Assembly: GCA_035300865.1 (NCBI GenBank)
Contig: DATGUZ010000063.1
Location: 3,867-67,866, forward strand
Direction of reading: 5' to 3'
Length of the DNA: 64,000 nt
From: Sporosarcina sp.
GTDB lineage: Bacteria > Bacillota > Bacilli > Bacillales_A > Planococcaceae
Shown here: positions 8,119-17,799 of the stretch, one piece after another
How positions within the stretch are numbered: position 1 is the stretch's first letter
How the letters are laid out: the number at the start of each line of letters is the position of its first letter
Translations under genes and position numbers: made by a program
The notes under the pieces: generated by a model
Database searches by the model: none
Told to the model about the DNA's origin: nothing
The model's input: the letters and a program-made list of their open reading frames with translations, nothing else

Positions 8119-9522
8119 TTATTGTACACGTTTTAAAAACAATGAACAAATGAAGGCGATACATGCGATGGCTAATCCTAAAGTGATAGAATTTTGAATC
8201 CCTAAGACACTTCCTTGCATCACAGCTTCAGCAGAAGTTCCATGTGTGTCGAGATAGTGTTGATTCGTAATCGACATCACCGTAATCGCCACCGCAGTAC
8301 CAATCGCCCCTGCTACTTGTTGTAGCGTGCTTAACACCGCTGTTCCATCAGGATACAATGATTTCGGTAATTCATTTAATCCATTCGTTTGTGCAGGCAT
8401 CATTGTCAATGAAATACCGATAAACATCATGGTATGGAATACGATAATATAAGCGATAACGGTTTCATGATCGATGGAGCGCAAAGCAAATAATCCAGTC
8501 ATTGAAAAAATAAGTCCTAATGGAATCATCAATTTCGGACCATATTTATCAAATAAATTACCAGAAACGACGGACATAAGCGCATTAATAATCCCACCTG
8601 GTAATAAGACAAGTCCTGCAATAAGTGGTGTTAATTGTAAGATGTTTTGTAAATAAATTGGTAGTAAGACCATTGTAGATAAAATCATTAACATACAACT
8701 CATAATCAGAATAACACCTAATGTGTACATTCGATAAGAAAAAACGCGTAAGTTGAGCATTGGTTGTTGTAAGCGGAATTGACGAATCGTGAATAATACA
8801 AGTGCGATGATTCCGATCATGCTAGGCGTTAATACTTCCCCATCAAAAAATGTTCCTACTTTTCCTGAAATACTAAAACCATAGACAATTCCACCAAAGC
8901 CAATTGTTGACAATACAAGTGACAGGGGATCAATTTTTACTTCTTGAACAGTTGACACATTTTCAATATGTTTCATTCCGATTAAAAGCGCGAAGATTAG
9001 AAATGGCGCACTAAGCCAGAAAATAAAATGCCATGATAAAATGTTCATTACAATTCCTGCGACTGTGGGACCAGTTGCTGGTGCAAAAACAATGACAAGT
9101 CCGATTTTCCCCATTGCTGCACCACGTTTTCGGGGCGGATAAATCATCAGTACGACTTGCATCATTAACGGTAAAATAATTGCTGTACCAGCCGCTTGTA
9201 CGATTCGCCCAATGAATAATACAATAAATGATGGGGCGACAGCCGCAATAAGCGTACCAAATAGGGATAAGCTAACCGAAGTTAAAAATAGTTGTCTTGT
9301 CGTATATTTTTGCATTAAAACGGAAGTAATTGGTACAAGCATTCCGAGGGTCAATAGATAACCTGTTGTTAACCACTGTATTGTCGGCGCATCACTCTCA
9401 AAGTCTATAATTAGTTGAGCGAAAGCCATATTTAAAGCTGTTTCATTAAATAGCCCAATAAAAGACGCGATTAAAAATCCACTAATGATCACAATTCTTT
9501 TTTCATATAATTGCTCATTCAT
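8119..9522 (-). CDS. DHA2 MFS multidrug transporter, LmrB-like
   Basis: FNETALNMA, QWLTTGYLL, GRIVQAAGT, APATGPT and LQQVAGAIGTA motifs. Start moved to MNEQ with RBS AAAGGTGG. Confidence 0.88.
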   Translation of the reverse strand: MNEQLYEKRIVIISGFLIASFIGLFNETALNMAFAQLIIDFESDAPTIQWLTTGYLLTLGMLVPITSVLMQKYTTRQLFLTSVSLSLFGTLIAAVAPSFIVLFIGRIVQAAGTAIILPLMMQVVLMIYPPRKRGAAMGKIGLVIVFAPATGPTVAGIVMNILSWHFIFWLSAPFLIFALLIGMKHIENVSTVQEVKIDPLSLVLSTIGFGGIVYGFSISGKVGTFFDGEVLTPSMIGIIALVLFTIRQFRLQQPMLNLRVFSYRMYTLGVILIMSCMLMILSTMVLLPIYLQNILQLTPLIAGLVLLPGGIINALMSVVSGNLFDKYGPKLMIPLGLIFSMTGLFALRSIDHETVIAYIIVFHTMMFIGISLTMMPAQTNGLNELPKSLYPDGTAVLSTLQQVAGAIGTAVAITVMSITNQHYLDTHGTSAEAVMQGSVLGIQNSITLGLAIACIAFICSLFLKRVQ

Positions 9523-9613
9523 AAACATTCCACCTTTTTTAAAGATCTTTCCTACTTTACCATAAAATTGCTTGAAAAACGTTGAAATATCAAAAAAGAA
9601 AAACTGCAAAAAG

Positions 9614-10834
9614 TTAAATACTTTCCGCAGTTTGATGTTCAATAATAATATGTCGTTTTTTCATTTCGAAGAAAAAGAGGACGGTTAAGCTTAAACTGAT
9701 GCACCCGAAGATGATCATCATCGATTGTAACCCAATTATGTCTAAAAAAGCACCAGCCGTCAATAATACAACTTGGAACATGACACGCTCTAGCATATTT
9801 CTAAACGAGAAAAAGCGACCGTGATATGCTTTTGGCATTTGTTGTTGAAAGATGACCATTGCTGTTGGGAAAAAACAACCAAGTGAAAATCCAAGTAATG
9901 CAAATGATGTCAGTGTAATCGCTGGACTTGTTGCAAAGAATAGTAAAAATTCAGCGATTGCAACGAGGGTTGCAAAAGAAAATAAAATCGTCGTCGTTTT
10001 CCAACGTGTTGAGATAAACTTCACGATGAAAGCCCCCACCATAAAAGCAATGCCTTCAAACGTATAAATGAGTCCTTTAATGGCGGAAGAATCTTGCATG
10101 ATACTAATATTAATGACAATTAAGTTAAAGGAACCTAAAAATAATAATGGAATTAGTGTCATAATTAAAGTCATTGCAACCGCAGGGTATTGTTTTAATA
10201 CTGGAAATACTTCCATGAAACCTCCAGAACCTGTCGTACTTTTCACTTTTGCTTCACGTGCTTGAACCGAAGATCCTTCATCAATTTGAAGCATCATTGT
10301 AAAGATAAATAGCACGCCATATGCAATCATTGAAGCCCAGTACAACGTTTCTAATGACCAATAGACGAGCATAATGCCTGCCAAAGCAGTTCCTGCTACC
10401 CGCGCAATTGTTGATACATTCATATGTAAGCCGTTCATTGACAATAATTCATCATCTTGTACGACAAGCGGTATCGTTGCTTGTAAAGCCGGAAAATAAA
10501 AGGTTGCTGCAATTTGAATGCTCATCATGAAACCGACCATCCACCAAACTGAGCCAGTATGGAGTGCAATGAGCATAAAGATGACACTGACCATCCGTCC
10601 AAGACCAGAGACAATTAATACATTTTTCTTTTTTGACTGGTCAATCACTTTCCCAGCTAAAGGTCCGATAATGAGCCCAGCTAGTAAACCAGCGGACATG
10701 ATTAATGCTTTCATAAAATCTGACGGCACTTTTTCTTGCATAAATTCTAAGTTGCCAATAATGCCCGTCCACAATCCTAAACCTGCAATCATTTCACCCG
10801 TTAAAATTATCCAAACATTTCGATTTTTCCACAT
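9614..10834 (-). CDS. MFS transporter
   Basis: About 12 TM segments, GKVIDQSKKK loop, YFPALQATIP. Confidence 0.85.
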   Translation of the reverse strand: MWKNRNVWIILTGEMIAGLGLWTGIIGNLEFMQEKVPSDFMKALIMSAGLLAGLIIGPLAGKVIDQSKKKNVLIVSGLGRMVSVIFMLIALHTGSVWWMVGFMMSIQIAATFYFPALQATIPLVVQDDELLSMNGLHMNVSTIARVAGTALAGIMLVYWSLETLYWASMIAYGVLFIFTMMLQIDEGSSVQAREAKVKSTTGSGGFMEVFPVLKQYPAVAMTLIMTLIPLLFLGSFNLIVINISIMQDSSAIKGLIYTFEGIAFMVGAFIVKFISTRWKTTTILFSFATLVAIAEFLLFFATSPAITLTSFALLGFSLGCFFPTAMVIFQQQMPKAYHGRFFSFRNMLERVMFQVVLLTAGAFLDIIGLQSMMIIFGCISLSLTVLFFFEMKKRHIIIEHQTAESI

Positions 10835-10910
10835 GTGACTTCCTCATTTCCCCCAAATGATTCCCTATTTCATGTATTTCGTGTTCCGAATTATTATACT
10901 TCAGTTAAAG

Positions 10911-10941
10911 AAAAAAGTCACGAGTTTTTTCTCGTGACTTT
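10911..10941 (-). terminator. parEC terminator
   Basis: AAAGTCACGAG-loop-CTCGTGACTTTTTT on the minus strand. Confidence 0.8.
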
Positions 10942-10957
10942 ATAGATATATTCTTTT

Positions 10958-13384
10958 TTATTCAAGTTGTTTTGGCTCTTTATATAATCTTTGAACAGCT
11001 CCATAATCTTTCTCATCGATGACAAAGCTCCCGTTCGATTGACGATCTACTAATCGCAGTGAACCAACTTCTGATGAAATTTGTTCATGTCCTTCCGTTA
11101 CTAATATAAATTGATCATCCAATGTGCAAAGGACTGCACCGATTAATCGATGTGGATTAGATTGTAATTCTCTAAAAACGAGCACACCACGTTGTGCACG
11201 TTTCGCTTCATCTAGTTCATTTAATGCCATTCGTTTTGCAGCTCCCCGCTGTGAAGCTAAGACAATATTGGCATTTGGTTGATCTACAATGACAATCGCG
11301 GTCACATAGTCATCATCTTTTAAGTTAATCCCAATTACACCCGCAGTACGAATGCCTGTTGCGTTAATTTCTTCTAATGAGAAGCGAAGTGCATATGTAC
11401 CGTAAGTGAATAAAATGACTTGTTCATTTCCGTTGACGAGTTTGGCATCAATCATTTCATCGCCTTTTTTCACACTCATGGCGCGATATGTTCGATTAAA
11501 GCGTTTTACTTCGTATTGATCTAAAGTAGATTGTTTTATCATGCCGTTTCTTGTAACTGTGACAATCATTTGTTCTTTATTGAATTGTTCAACGCCGATG
11601 GCTGAAACAATGGAGTCGCCTTGATCTAATGGGACGATACTTGATATATGTTGTCCGAGATCGCGCCAACGAATATCTGGCAATTCGTGAATCGGATAGT
11701 AAATATACTGACCGAAAGCAGTAAATAATAATAGATGTTGTTGTGTATTCATCTGCTCGACAAATAGCATATAATCTGATTCTTTCATTTCGTGTCCAGA
11801 GCCATTAGAAGCGGTATAAGAACGGATGCTTGTACGCTTAATATAACCGTCTTTTGTCACAGATACATACACATCTTCACTTGGAATTAGAATATCGATA
11901 TCGACTTTAATTTCTTCAATTTTCGCCTGTATCTCTGATTGACGTGACTCTTTAAATGTTTTCTTTAAAGCGGTTAATTCCTTACGAATAACAGCCATAA
12001 GTTTTTTCTCATGACTTAATATTTCATCGAGTTCTTCGATTGTTTGTTGCAATTGTTGTTCTTCTTTTTGTAATTGCGTAATATCTGTATTCGTTAATCG
12101 ATAGAGTTGTAATGATACGATTGCTTCTGCTTGTACTTCAGAGAATTCAAACTTGGCAATTAAGTTATTTTTCGCATCACGTTTATCTTTTGAACTACGA
12201 ATTGTTTCAATGACTTCATCTAAAATAGATAATGCACGCATAAGTCCTTCAACAATATGAAGTCGATCTTTCGCTTTACGAATATCGAACGCTGAACGTC
12301 TTGTAATCACTTCTTTTTGATGGTCGATATAAGCATCTAACAACATCGGTAAAGACATTAGCGTAGGACGACGCCCGTCAATTGCGACCATATTAAAGTT
12401 ATACGTCACTTGCAAGTCCGTATTTTTTAATAAATACTGTAAAATACCATCTGCATCAGTGTCTTTTTTTAGTTCGATCACAATACGCAATCCTGTTCGG
12501 TCAGATTCATCACGAACATCTGCAATATTATCTAGTTTTCGGTCGATTCGTATTTCATCAATTTTCTTCACAAGATTTGCTTTATTGACCTCATAGGGAA
12601 TTTCAGTGACGACGATTTGTGATTTACCGCCACGCAATGATTCAATTTCCGTTTTCGCACGGATAATACAACGACCTTTACCTGTTTCATAAGCTTTTTT
12701 AATGCCATCTGTTCCTTGGATAATCCCGCCTGTAGGAAAATCAGGACCTTGAATCACCGTCATTAATTCATCGACAGATACAGTTGGTTTTTTCATGCGT
12801 AATAATACCGCGTCTAATACTTCATGCAGTGCATGTGGCGGAATGTCTGTTGCATATCCCGCAGATATCCCAGTTGAGCCATTGATTAATAAATTTGGGA
12901 GCCTTGCAGGCAATACAGACGGTTCATTTTCTGAGTCGTCAAAGTTTGGCATGAAGTCTACCGTTTCTTTTTCAATATCACGGAGCATTTCTGCCGCCAT
13001 TGCGGAGAGGCGTGCTTCTGTATACCGCATGGCAGCAGCACTATCTCCATCAATCGATCCATTATTTCCGTGCATTTCAATCATTAAATGACGTAATTTC
13101 CAGTCTTGACTCATTCGAACCATCGCTTCATATACAGAAGAATCTCCATGTGGATGATAGTTTCCAATTACGTTTCCGACTGTTTTGGCAGACTTCCTAA
13201 ATGGTTTATCATGCGTGTTACCATCCTGATGCATCGCATATAAAATACGTCTTTGTACAGGTTTTAACCCGTCTCTTGCATCGGGTAATGCACGGTCTTG
13301 AATAATATACTTACTATATCTTCCAAATCGATCGCCAATGACTTCTTCGAGAGGAAGATCTTGAAATTTCTCAACGGATGTCAT
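10958..13384 (-). CDS. parC: DNA topoisomerase IV subunit A
   Basis: RALPDARDGLKPVQRR, YHPHGDSS and AAMRYTEARL motifs; follows parE. Confidence 0.97.
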   Translation of the reverse strand: MTSVEKFQDLPLEEVIGDRFGRYSKYIIQDRALPDARDGLKPVQRRILYAMHQDGNTHDKPFRKSAKTVGNVIGNYHPHGDSSVYEAMVRMSQDWKLRHLMIEMHGNNGSIDGDSAAAMRYTEARLSAMAAEMLRDIEKETVDFMPNFDDSENEPSVLPARLPNLLINGSTGISAGYATDIPPHALHEVLDAVLLRMKKPTVSVDELMTVIQGPDFPTGGIIQGTDGIKKAYETGKGRCIIRAKTEIESLRGGKSQIVVTEIPYEVNKANLVKKIDEIRIDRKLDNIADVRDESDRTGLRIVIELKKDTDADGILQYLLKNTDLQVTYNFNMVAIDGRRPTLMSLPMLLDAYIDHQKEVITRRSAFDIRKAKDRLHIVEGLMRALSILDEVIETIRSSKDKRDAKNNLIAKFEFSEVQAEAIVSLQLYRLTNTDITQLQKEEQQLQQTIEELDEILSHEKKLMAVIRKELTALKKTFKESRQSEIQAKIEEIKVDIDILIPSEDVYVSVTKDGYIKRTSIRSYTASNGSGHEMKESDYMLFVEQMNTQQHLLLFTAFGQYIYYPIHELPDIRWRDLGQHISSIVPLDQGDSIVSAIGVEQFNKEQMIVTVTRNGMIKQSTLDQYEVKRFNRTYRAMSVKKGDEMIDAKLVNGNEQVILFTYGTYALRFSLEEINATGIRTAGVIGINLKDDDYVTAIVIVDQPNANIVLASQRGAAKRMALNELDEAKRAQRGVLVFRELQSNPHRLIGAVLCTLDDQFILVTEGHEQISSEVGSLRLVDRQSNGSFVIDEKDYGAVQRLYKEPKQLE

Positions 13385-15354
13385 TCATAATCCTCCTCTG
13401 TATGGATAAATTCATTGTCTAAAATATTTTCATCTTCTAATTGTCCGAAATCGACATTGTCTTCAATCCAACGTCTTCTCGGTTCAACCTTATCGCCCAT
13501 TAATGTTGTAATGCGGCGTTCTGCTTTCGCACCATCTTCAACAGTCACGCGAATAAGCGTACGCGTCTCAGGATTCATCGTTGTTTCCCATAATTGTTCA
13601 GCATTCATTTCTCCGAGACCTTTATAACGTTGTAGCATATATCCTTTGCCAATTTTAGCAATGGCAGCATCTAAGTCTGCTTCTGTCCATGCGTAAGCAA
13701 CTTTCTCGCTTCTTCCAGAACCTTTAAATACTTTATATAACGGTGGAAGTGCAATAAATACTTTGCCAGCTTCAACGAGCGGTTTCATATAACGATAGAA
13801 AAATGTGAGCAATAACACTTGAATATGCGCACCGTCAGTATCAGCATCGGTCATGATTACAACTTTATCATATGCGGCATCGTCGATTTGGAAATCAGCG
13901 CCGACACCACCGCCAATTGCATGGATAATCATATTAATTTCTTCGTTTTTCATAATATCTTCTAACTTGGCTTTTTCCGTATTAATAACTTTACCACGTA
14001 GCGGCAGAATTGCTTGGAAAACACGGTCACGTCCTTGCTTTGCTGAACCACCTGCGGAATCACCCTCGACTAAATACAATTCATTGCGCTTGGCGTTTCT
14101 AGACTGCGCAGGTGTTAACTTTCCGGAAAGTAAGGTTTCTGTTCGTTTACGCTTTTTTCCTGAGCGTGCATCTTCGCGCGCTTTACGTGCAGCCTCGCGT
14201 GCTTGTTGAGAACGGATTGCTTTTCGGATTAAGGTTGCACTTAAATCGGCATTTTCTTCTAAAAAGTAAAAAAGTTTTTGAGAGATAATCGATTCAGTAA
14301 CCGATCTTGCTTCGCTCGTACCAAGTTTTCCTTTTGTTTGTCCTTCGAATTGTAAAATCTCCTCAGGAATCCGTACAGAAACAATCGCGGAAATTCCTTC
14401 GCGCACATCGGAGCCATCTAAGTTTTTATCTTTCTCTTTCAATAAACCAACTCGTCTTGCGTAATCATTAAACACGCGCGTTAAAGCTGCTTTTGCACCT
14501 GTTTCATGTGTTCCACCATCTTTTGTACGTACATTATTGACAAAAGATAAGATTGTTTCTGAATAACCGTCACTAAATTGAAACGCAAATTCTACTTCAA
14601 TATCTTGCGCTTCACCTTCTAAGTAAGTGACATCATGTAAAGTATCTTTTTCTTCATTTAAGTATTGAACGAATGCTTCAATCCCATTTTCATAGTGAAA
14701 TGTTTCTGCAAGCTCTTTCCGTTCGTCTGTTAAATTAATTTTTAATCCTTTTAATAAAAAGGCGGATTCTCTTAACCGCTCACTTAATGTTTCATACTGA
14801 TAATTAAGCGTTGAGAAAATCGATGGGTCTGGCTTAAAACGAATTGCCGTCCCTGTCTCTCGTGTTTTTCCGATTGTTTCTAAAGTTGTAGTCGGATGTC
14901 CACCGTTTTTAAAGGTTTGTTTAAATATTGTTCCATCTCGGTAAATGGTTACTTCTAACCATTCCGACAATGCGTTCACGACAGCGGCACCTACACCATG
15001 TAAACCACCACTGGTCTTATATCCGCCTTGGCCGAACTTTCCGCCTGCGTGTAAGATTGTTAAAATAACTTCTACAGTTGGTTTACCTGTTTGGTGCATT
15101 CCTGAAGGCATTCCTCGTCCATAGTCGCGTACGGTAACGCTTCCATCTGTATGTAATGTAACATCGATTTGTTCTCCGAAGCCTGCTAGTGCTTCGTCAA
15201 CAGCATTATCGACGATTTCATATACGAGGTGATGTAAACCACGCGTATCCGTAGAACCGATGTACATACCTGGTCGTTTACGTACTGCATCTAACCCTTC
15301 AAGTACTTGAATGGAACTATCATCATACGTATTTACGTTCTTTTTTGTCGTCAA
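13381..15354 (-). CDS. parE: DNA topoisomerase IV subunit B
   Basis: VRKRPGMYIG, VEGDSAGGS, TDADTDG and RYKGLGEM motifs. Confidence 0.97.
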   Translation of the reverse strand: MTTKKNVNTYDDSSIQVLEGLDAVRKRPGMYIGSTDTRGLHHLVYEIVDNAVDEALAGFGEQIDVTLHTDGSVTVRDYGRGMPSGMHQTGKPTVEVILTILHAGGKFGQGGYKTSGGLHGVGAAVVNALSEWLEVTIYRDGTIFKQTFKNGGHPTTTLETIGKTRETGTAIRFKPDPSIFSTLNYQYETLSERLRESAFLLKGLKINLTDERKELAETFHYENGIEAFVQYLNEEKDTLHDVTYLEGEAQDIEVEFAFQFSDGYSETILSFVNNVRTKDGGTHETGAKAALTRVFNDYARRVGLLKEKDKNLDGSDVREGISAIVSVRIPEEILQFEGQTKGKLGTSEARSVTESIISQKLFYFLEENADLSATLIRKAIRSQQAREAARKAREDARSGKKRKRTETLLSGKLTPAQSRNAKRNELYLVEGDSAGGSAKQGRDRVFQAILPLRGKVINTEKAKLEDIMKNEEINMIIHAIGGGVGADFQIDDAAYDKVVIMTDADTDGAHIQVLLLTFFYRYMKPLVEAGKVFIALPPLYKVFKGSGRSEKVAYAWTEADLDAAIAKIGKGYMLQRYKGLGEMNAEQLWETTMNPETRTLIRVTVEDGAKAERRITTLMGDKVEPRRRWIEDNVDFGQLEDENILDNEFIHTEEDYE

Positions 15355-15368
15355 AATCTCGCCTCCAT

Positions 15369-15382
15369 CAAACGAATGTTCT
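15369..15382. promoter_or_regulatory. LexA box upstream of parE
   Basis: CAAACGAATGTTCT next to the RBS; parE belongs to the B. subtilis SOS regulon with a similar site. Confidence 0.7.
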
Positions 15383-15682
15383 TATCTTTATCCTATCGCT
15401 TCATGAAAAGGTTGTCAAATCAACGTTTGCAGAAGCTCGCTTTTTTAATTGTATATAATAAATTGATTGATTGCAACGAACGATATAAAATAATCATTTT
15501 CAAATCTTAAAATTTAAGGCAATGATCTGATGAATTTTCCATTTTCCATATGAAATACTTCATCTATATAACGAAATAACGCGAATATTTGTTTCTTGTT
15601 TCATGTAAATCTGTTGTTGTCGGCTATGTATTGTTCTGATAAACTTAATGTATATATAGATGTTCAAAGTGAGGCTTTGTGT

Positions 15683-16285
15683 ATGGATGATATCATTTTA
15701 ATTATAATCGCATATGTGTTGGGGTCAATCCCGTCTGCCCTTTGGGTGGGAAAGATTTTTTACAATAAAGATATTCGACAATACGGCAGTGGTAATTTAG
15801 GTGCTACCAACACTTTTCGTGTACTTGGAAAAAAAGCTGGATTTGTTGTTACATTAATTGATATTTTTAAAGGGACAGCAGCAACATTATTACCGCTTTT
15901 AGCTGTTTTTGATGGATCACAGTTAAATCCGCTCATTATTGGCATGTTCGCCGTCATTGGTCATATGTTTCCTATTTTCGCCAAGTTTAAAGGCGGAAAA
16001 GCTGTAGCCACTTCTGGTGGTGTGATTTTAGGCTATCATTGGCCGTTCTTTGTTGTGGTACTTGCTGCATTTTTTATCGTCTTAAAATTATCCAAAATGG
16101 TGTCATTTAGTTCTATGGCCGTTGCTGTTGTTGGATTTATTTATAGTGTGATATATTTTATTGTAACAAAAGATTTTTATTTATTGACGGTTGTACTTGC
16201 ACTCGTATTTTTCATATTTTATCGACACCGTGACAATATTTCCCGCATCAAAGCCGGAACAGAACCAAAAATTACATGGTTATAA
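15683..16285 (+). CDS. plsY: Glycerol-3-phosphate acyltransferase PlsY
   Basis: GSGNLGATN, GHMFPIFAKFKGGKAVAT and RHRDNISRI motifs; divergent from parE. Confidence 0.95.
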   Translation: MDDIILIIIAYVLGSIPSALWVGKIFYNKDIRQYGSGNLGATNTFRVLGKKAGFVVTLIDIFKGTAATLLPLLAVFDGSQLNPLIIGMFAVIGHMFPIFAKFKGGKAVATSGGVILGYHWPFFVVVLAAFFIVLKLSKMVSFSSMAVAVVGFIYSVIYFIVTKDFYLLTVVLALVFFIFYRHRDNISRIKAGTEPKITWL

Positions 16286-16334
16286 TGTTTAACAATTATT
16301 GCGGTTGATGGATCAAGAAAGGATTTGTGGGCAA

Positions 16335-16625
16335 ATGGAAATTATATTAAAGGAAGAAGCACTTGCTTGGTTTAAAGATGAAATGGATGTTGAACAAGGG
16401 GATGCTATTCGTTTTTTCGCGCGCTACGGAGGTTCTAGTCCATTACACGAAGGGTTTTCTTTAGGTGTAACAGTTGTCCAACCTGATGAAGCGTCAGTTT
16501 CTATTGAAAAAGACGGTGTTTTATACTACATCGAAAGTCGTGACGAATGGTTTTTTGACAATCATGATTTAATTGTAGGGTTCGATGAAAACTTACAAGA
16601 ACCTGCATATGAATATAAAAAATAA
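16335..16625 (+). CDS. yneR: HesB/YadR/YfhF family protein (YneR)
   Basis: IRFFARYGGSSPLHEGFSLG; synteny. Confidence 0.85.
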   Translation: MEIILKEEALAWFKDEMDVEQGDAIRFFARYGGSSPLHEGFSLGVTVVQPDEASVSIEKDGVLYYIESRDEWFFDNHDLIVGFDENLQEPAYEYKK

Positions 16626-16628
16626 ACA

Positions 16629-16672
16629 GAAATCCGATATGGGCTATTCGAGTAGCCTATATCGGATTTTTC
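16629..16672. terminator. Bidirectional terminator
   Basis: AAATCCGATATGGGCTA-TTCGAG-TAGCCTATATCGGATTT. Confidence 0.8.
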
Positions 16673-16975
16673 TTAAAGTAAGTTAAAGCGTTTTAATTGT
16701 TCAGTATACCCTTCAGCTTGTAAAATTCGAATTTCATGCTCTCCGAATAAATCGAAATGAGGATAATCATTGCGTAAGTCTATCCACTCACGCTTTAAAT
16801 GATAGCGTTCTCCCCATTTTGCAAGCTTTTCAAGATCGCTACATCCTACTTTCGTAACGGTTTTACATCCGGGAAATCGATCATCGAGCCAATAATGTGT
16901 TAAAAATGCAATACGTCCTGCTGCTACATCTTTTTTCCACTGTTTTAATTCGGCGCGATTAATACCAAATGCCAT
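16673..16975 (-). CDS. yneQ: YneQ-like conserved protein
   Basis: MAFGINRAEL...AFLTHYWLDDRFP...YPHFDL; synteny. Confidence 0.85.
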   Translation of the reverse strand: MAFGINRAELKQWKKDVAAGRIAFLTHYWLDDRFPGCKTVTKVGCSDLEKLAKWGERYHLKREWIDLRNDYPHFDLFGEHEIRILQAEGYTEQLKRFNLL

Positions 16976-17400
16976 TATGCTTCAACCTTTTTCACTTCAT
17001 GGTATTTTGCATCCCATTCTGGATCGACTTTTGATAATGAAACAGGTCTAAATGACTCTTTTTTGACCAGAACATGCTCTGATAATCCAGTAGCTGCAAG
17101 CGTACCATCTTCATGTGTAATTTCATAGCCATAAACTGTACGTAAACGGTCGTGAGACTCAATCCACGTTGTAATGATTCCCTTTTGACCATATCTCATT
17201 GGTGTTTTATATTGTACGGAAATATCAATAACTGGGGATAAATAGCCTTTGTCTTCTAACCCAGCATATGTGAAACCTAAATCACTAATTAGTTGTGTTC
17301 GTCCAATCTCCATCCAAATTAAATAGTTTGCATGATAAACAACACCCATTTGATCTGTCTCTGCATAACGTACTTCTACTGCTTTTTGACTTTTAAACAA
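16975..17400 (-). CDS. yneP: Acyl-CoA thioesterase (YbgC/YneP)
   Basis: VRYAETDQMGVVYHANY motif; TTG start with RBS GAGGTG. Confidence 0.9.
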   Translation of the reverse strand: MFKSQKAVEVRYAETDQMGVVYHANYLIWMEIGRTQLISDLGFTYAGLEDKGYLSPVIDISVQYKTPMRYGQKGIITTWIESHDRLRTVYGYEITHEDGTLAATGLSEHVLVKKESFRPVSLSKVDPEWDAKYHEVKKVEA

Positions 17401-17473
17401 TATTCTTCACCTCTCATAATAGTATACTTAAAAAAGCTATATAATGCTTGTTCGGGGGTTCTCCCCATATGTT

Positions 17474-17566
17474 GTGATGCCTGCAGAAATAGCACGAGCT
17501 GAAGATCCCACAGGAGCGTAGCAACGAGGTGGCTGAGGCAAGTACCACAATCGAAACGAAAATCAA
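17474..17566. repeat. Truncated GC-rich interspersed palindromic repeat of the Bacillaceae/Planococcaceae type
   Basis: GCACGAGCTGAAGATCCCACAGGAGCGTAGCAACGAGGTGGCTGAGGC...GAAAATCAA resembles a recurring REP-like element I recall from related genomes. Recognised by eye, single copy in this window. Confidence 0.6.
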
Positions 17567-17743
17567 TATGGTGATTGGCCGTTACATTCGCCCCCCCATA
17601 AATATTTTATTCATAAAACAGCTGATGAACATTTTTATTTTTACATTCATCAACGATAAGTCTGACAAAATGATAATCTCTGCTTTCTGTCCACTATAGG
17701 CGTACAATTTTCTCATCATAATGCTCGTTCTTTACTAGAAAGC

Positions 17744-17788
17744 AAAAAAACCCTCCCACAATTCAGCAAAATGAACTGTAGGAAGGTG
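17744..17788 (-). terminator. citB terminator
   Basis: CCTTCCTACAGTTCA-TTTTGC-TGAATTGTGGGAGGG-TTTTTTT. Confidence 0.8.
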
Positions 17789-17799
17789 AAATTTAACAA

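Noticed and set aside
9523-9642. Long N-terminal extensions in the ORF track (also pbuE, plsY, yqjP, namA, dinB, GNAT)
   Set aside because: Downstream starts have the RBS and match family N-termini; the extensions are longest-ORF artefacts.
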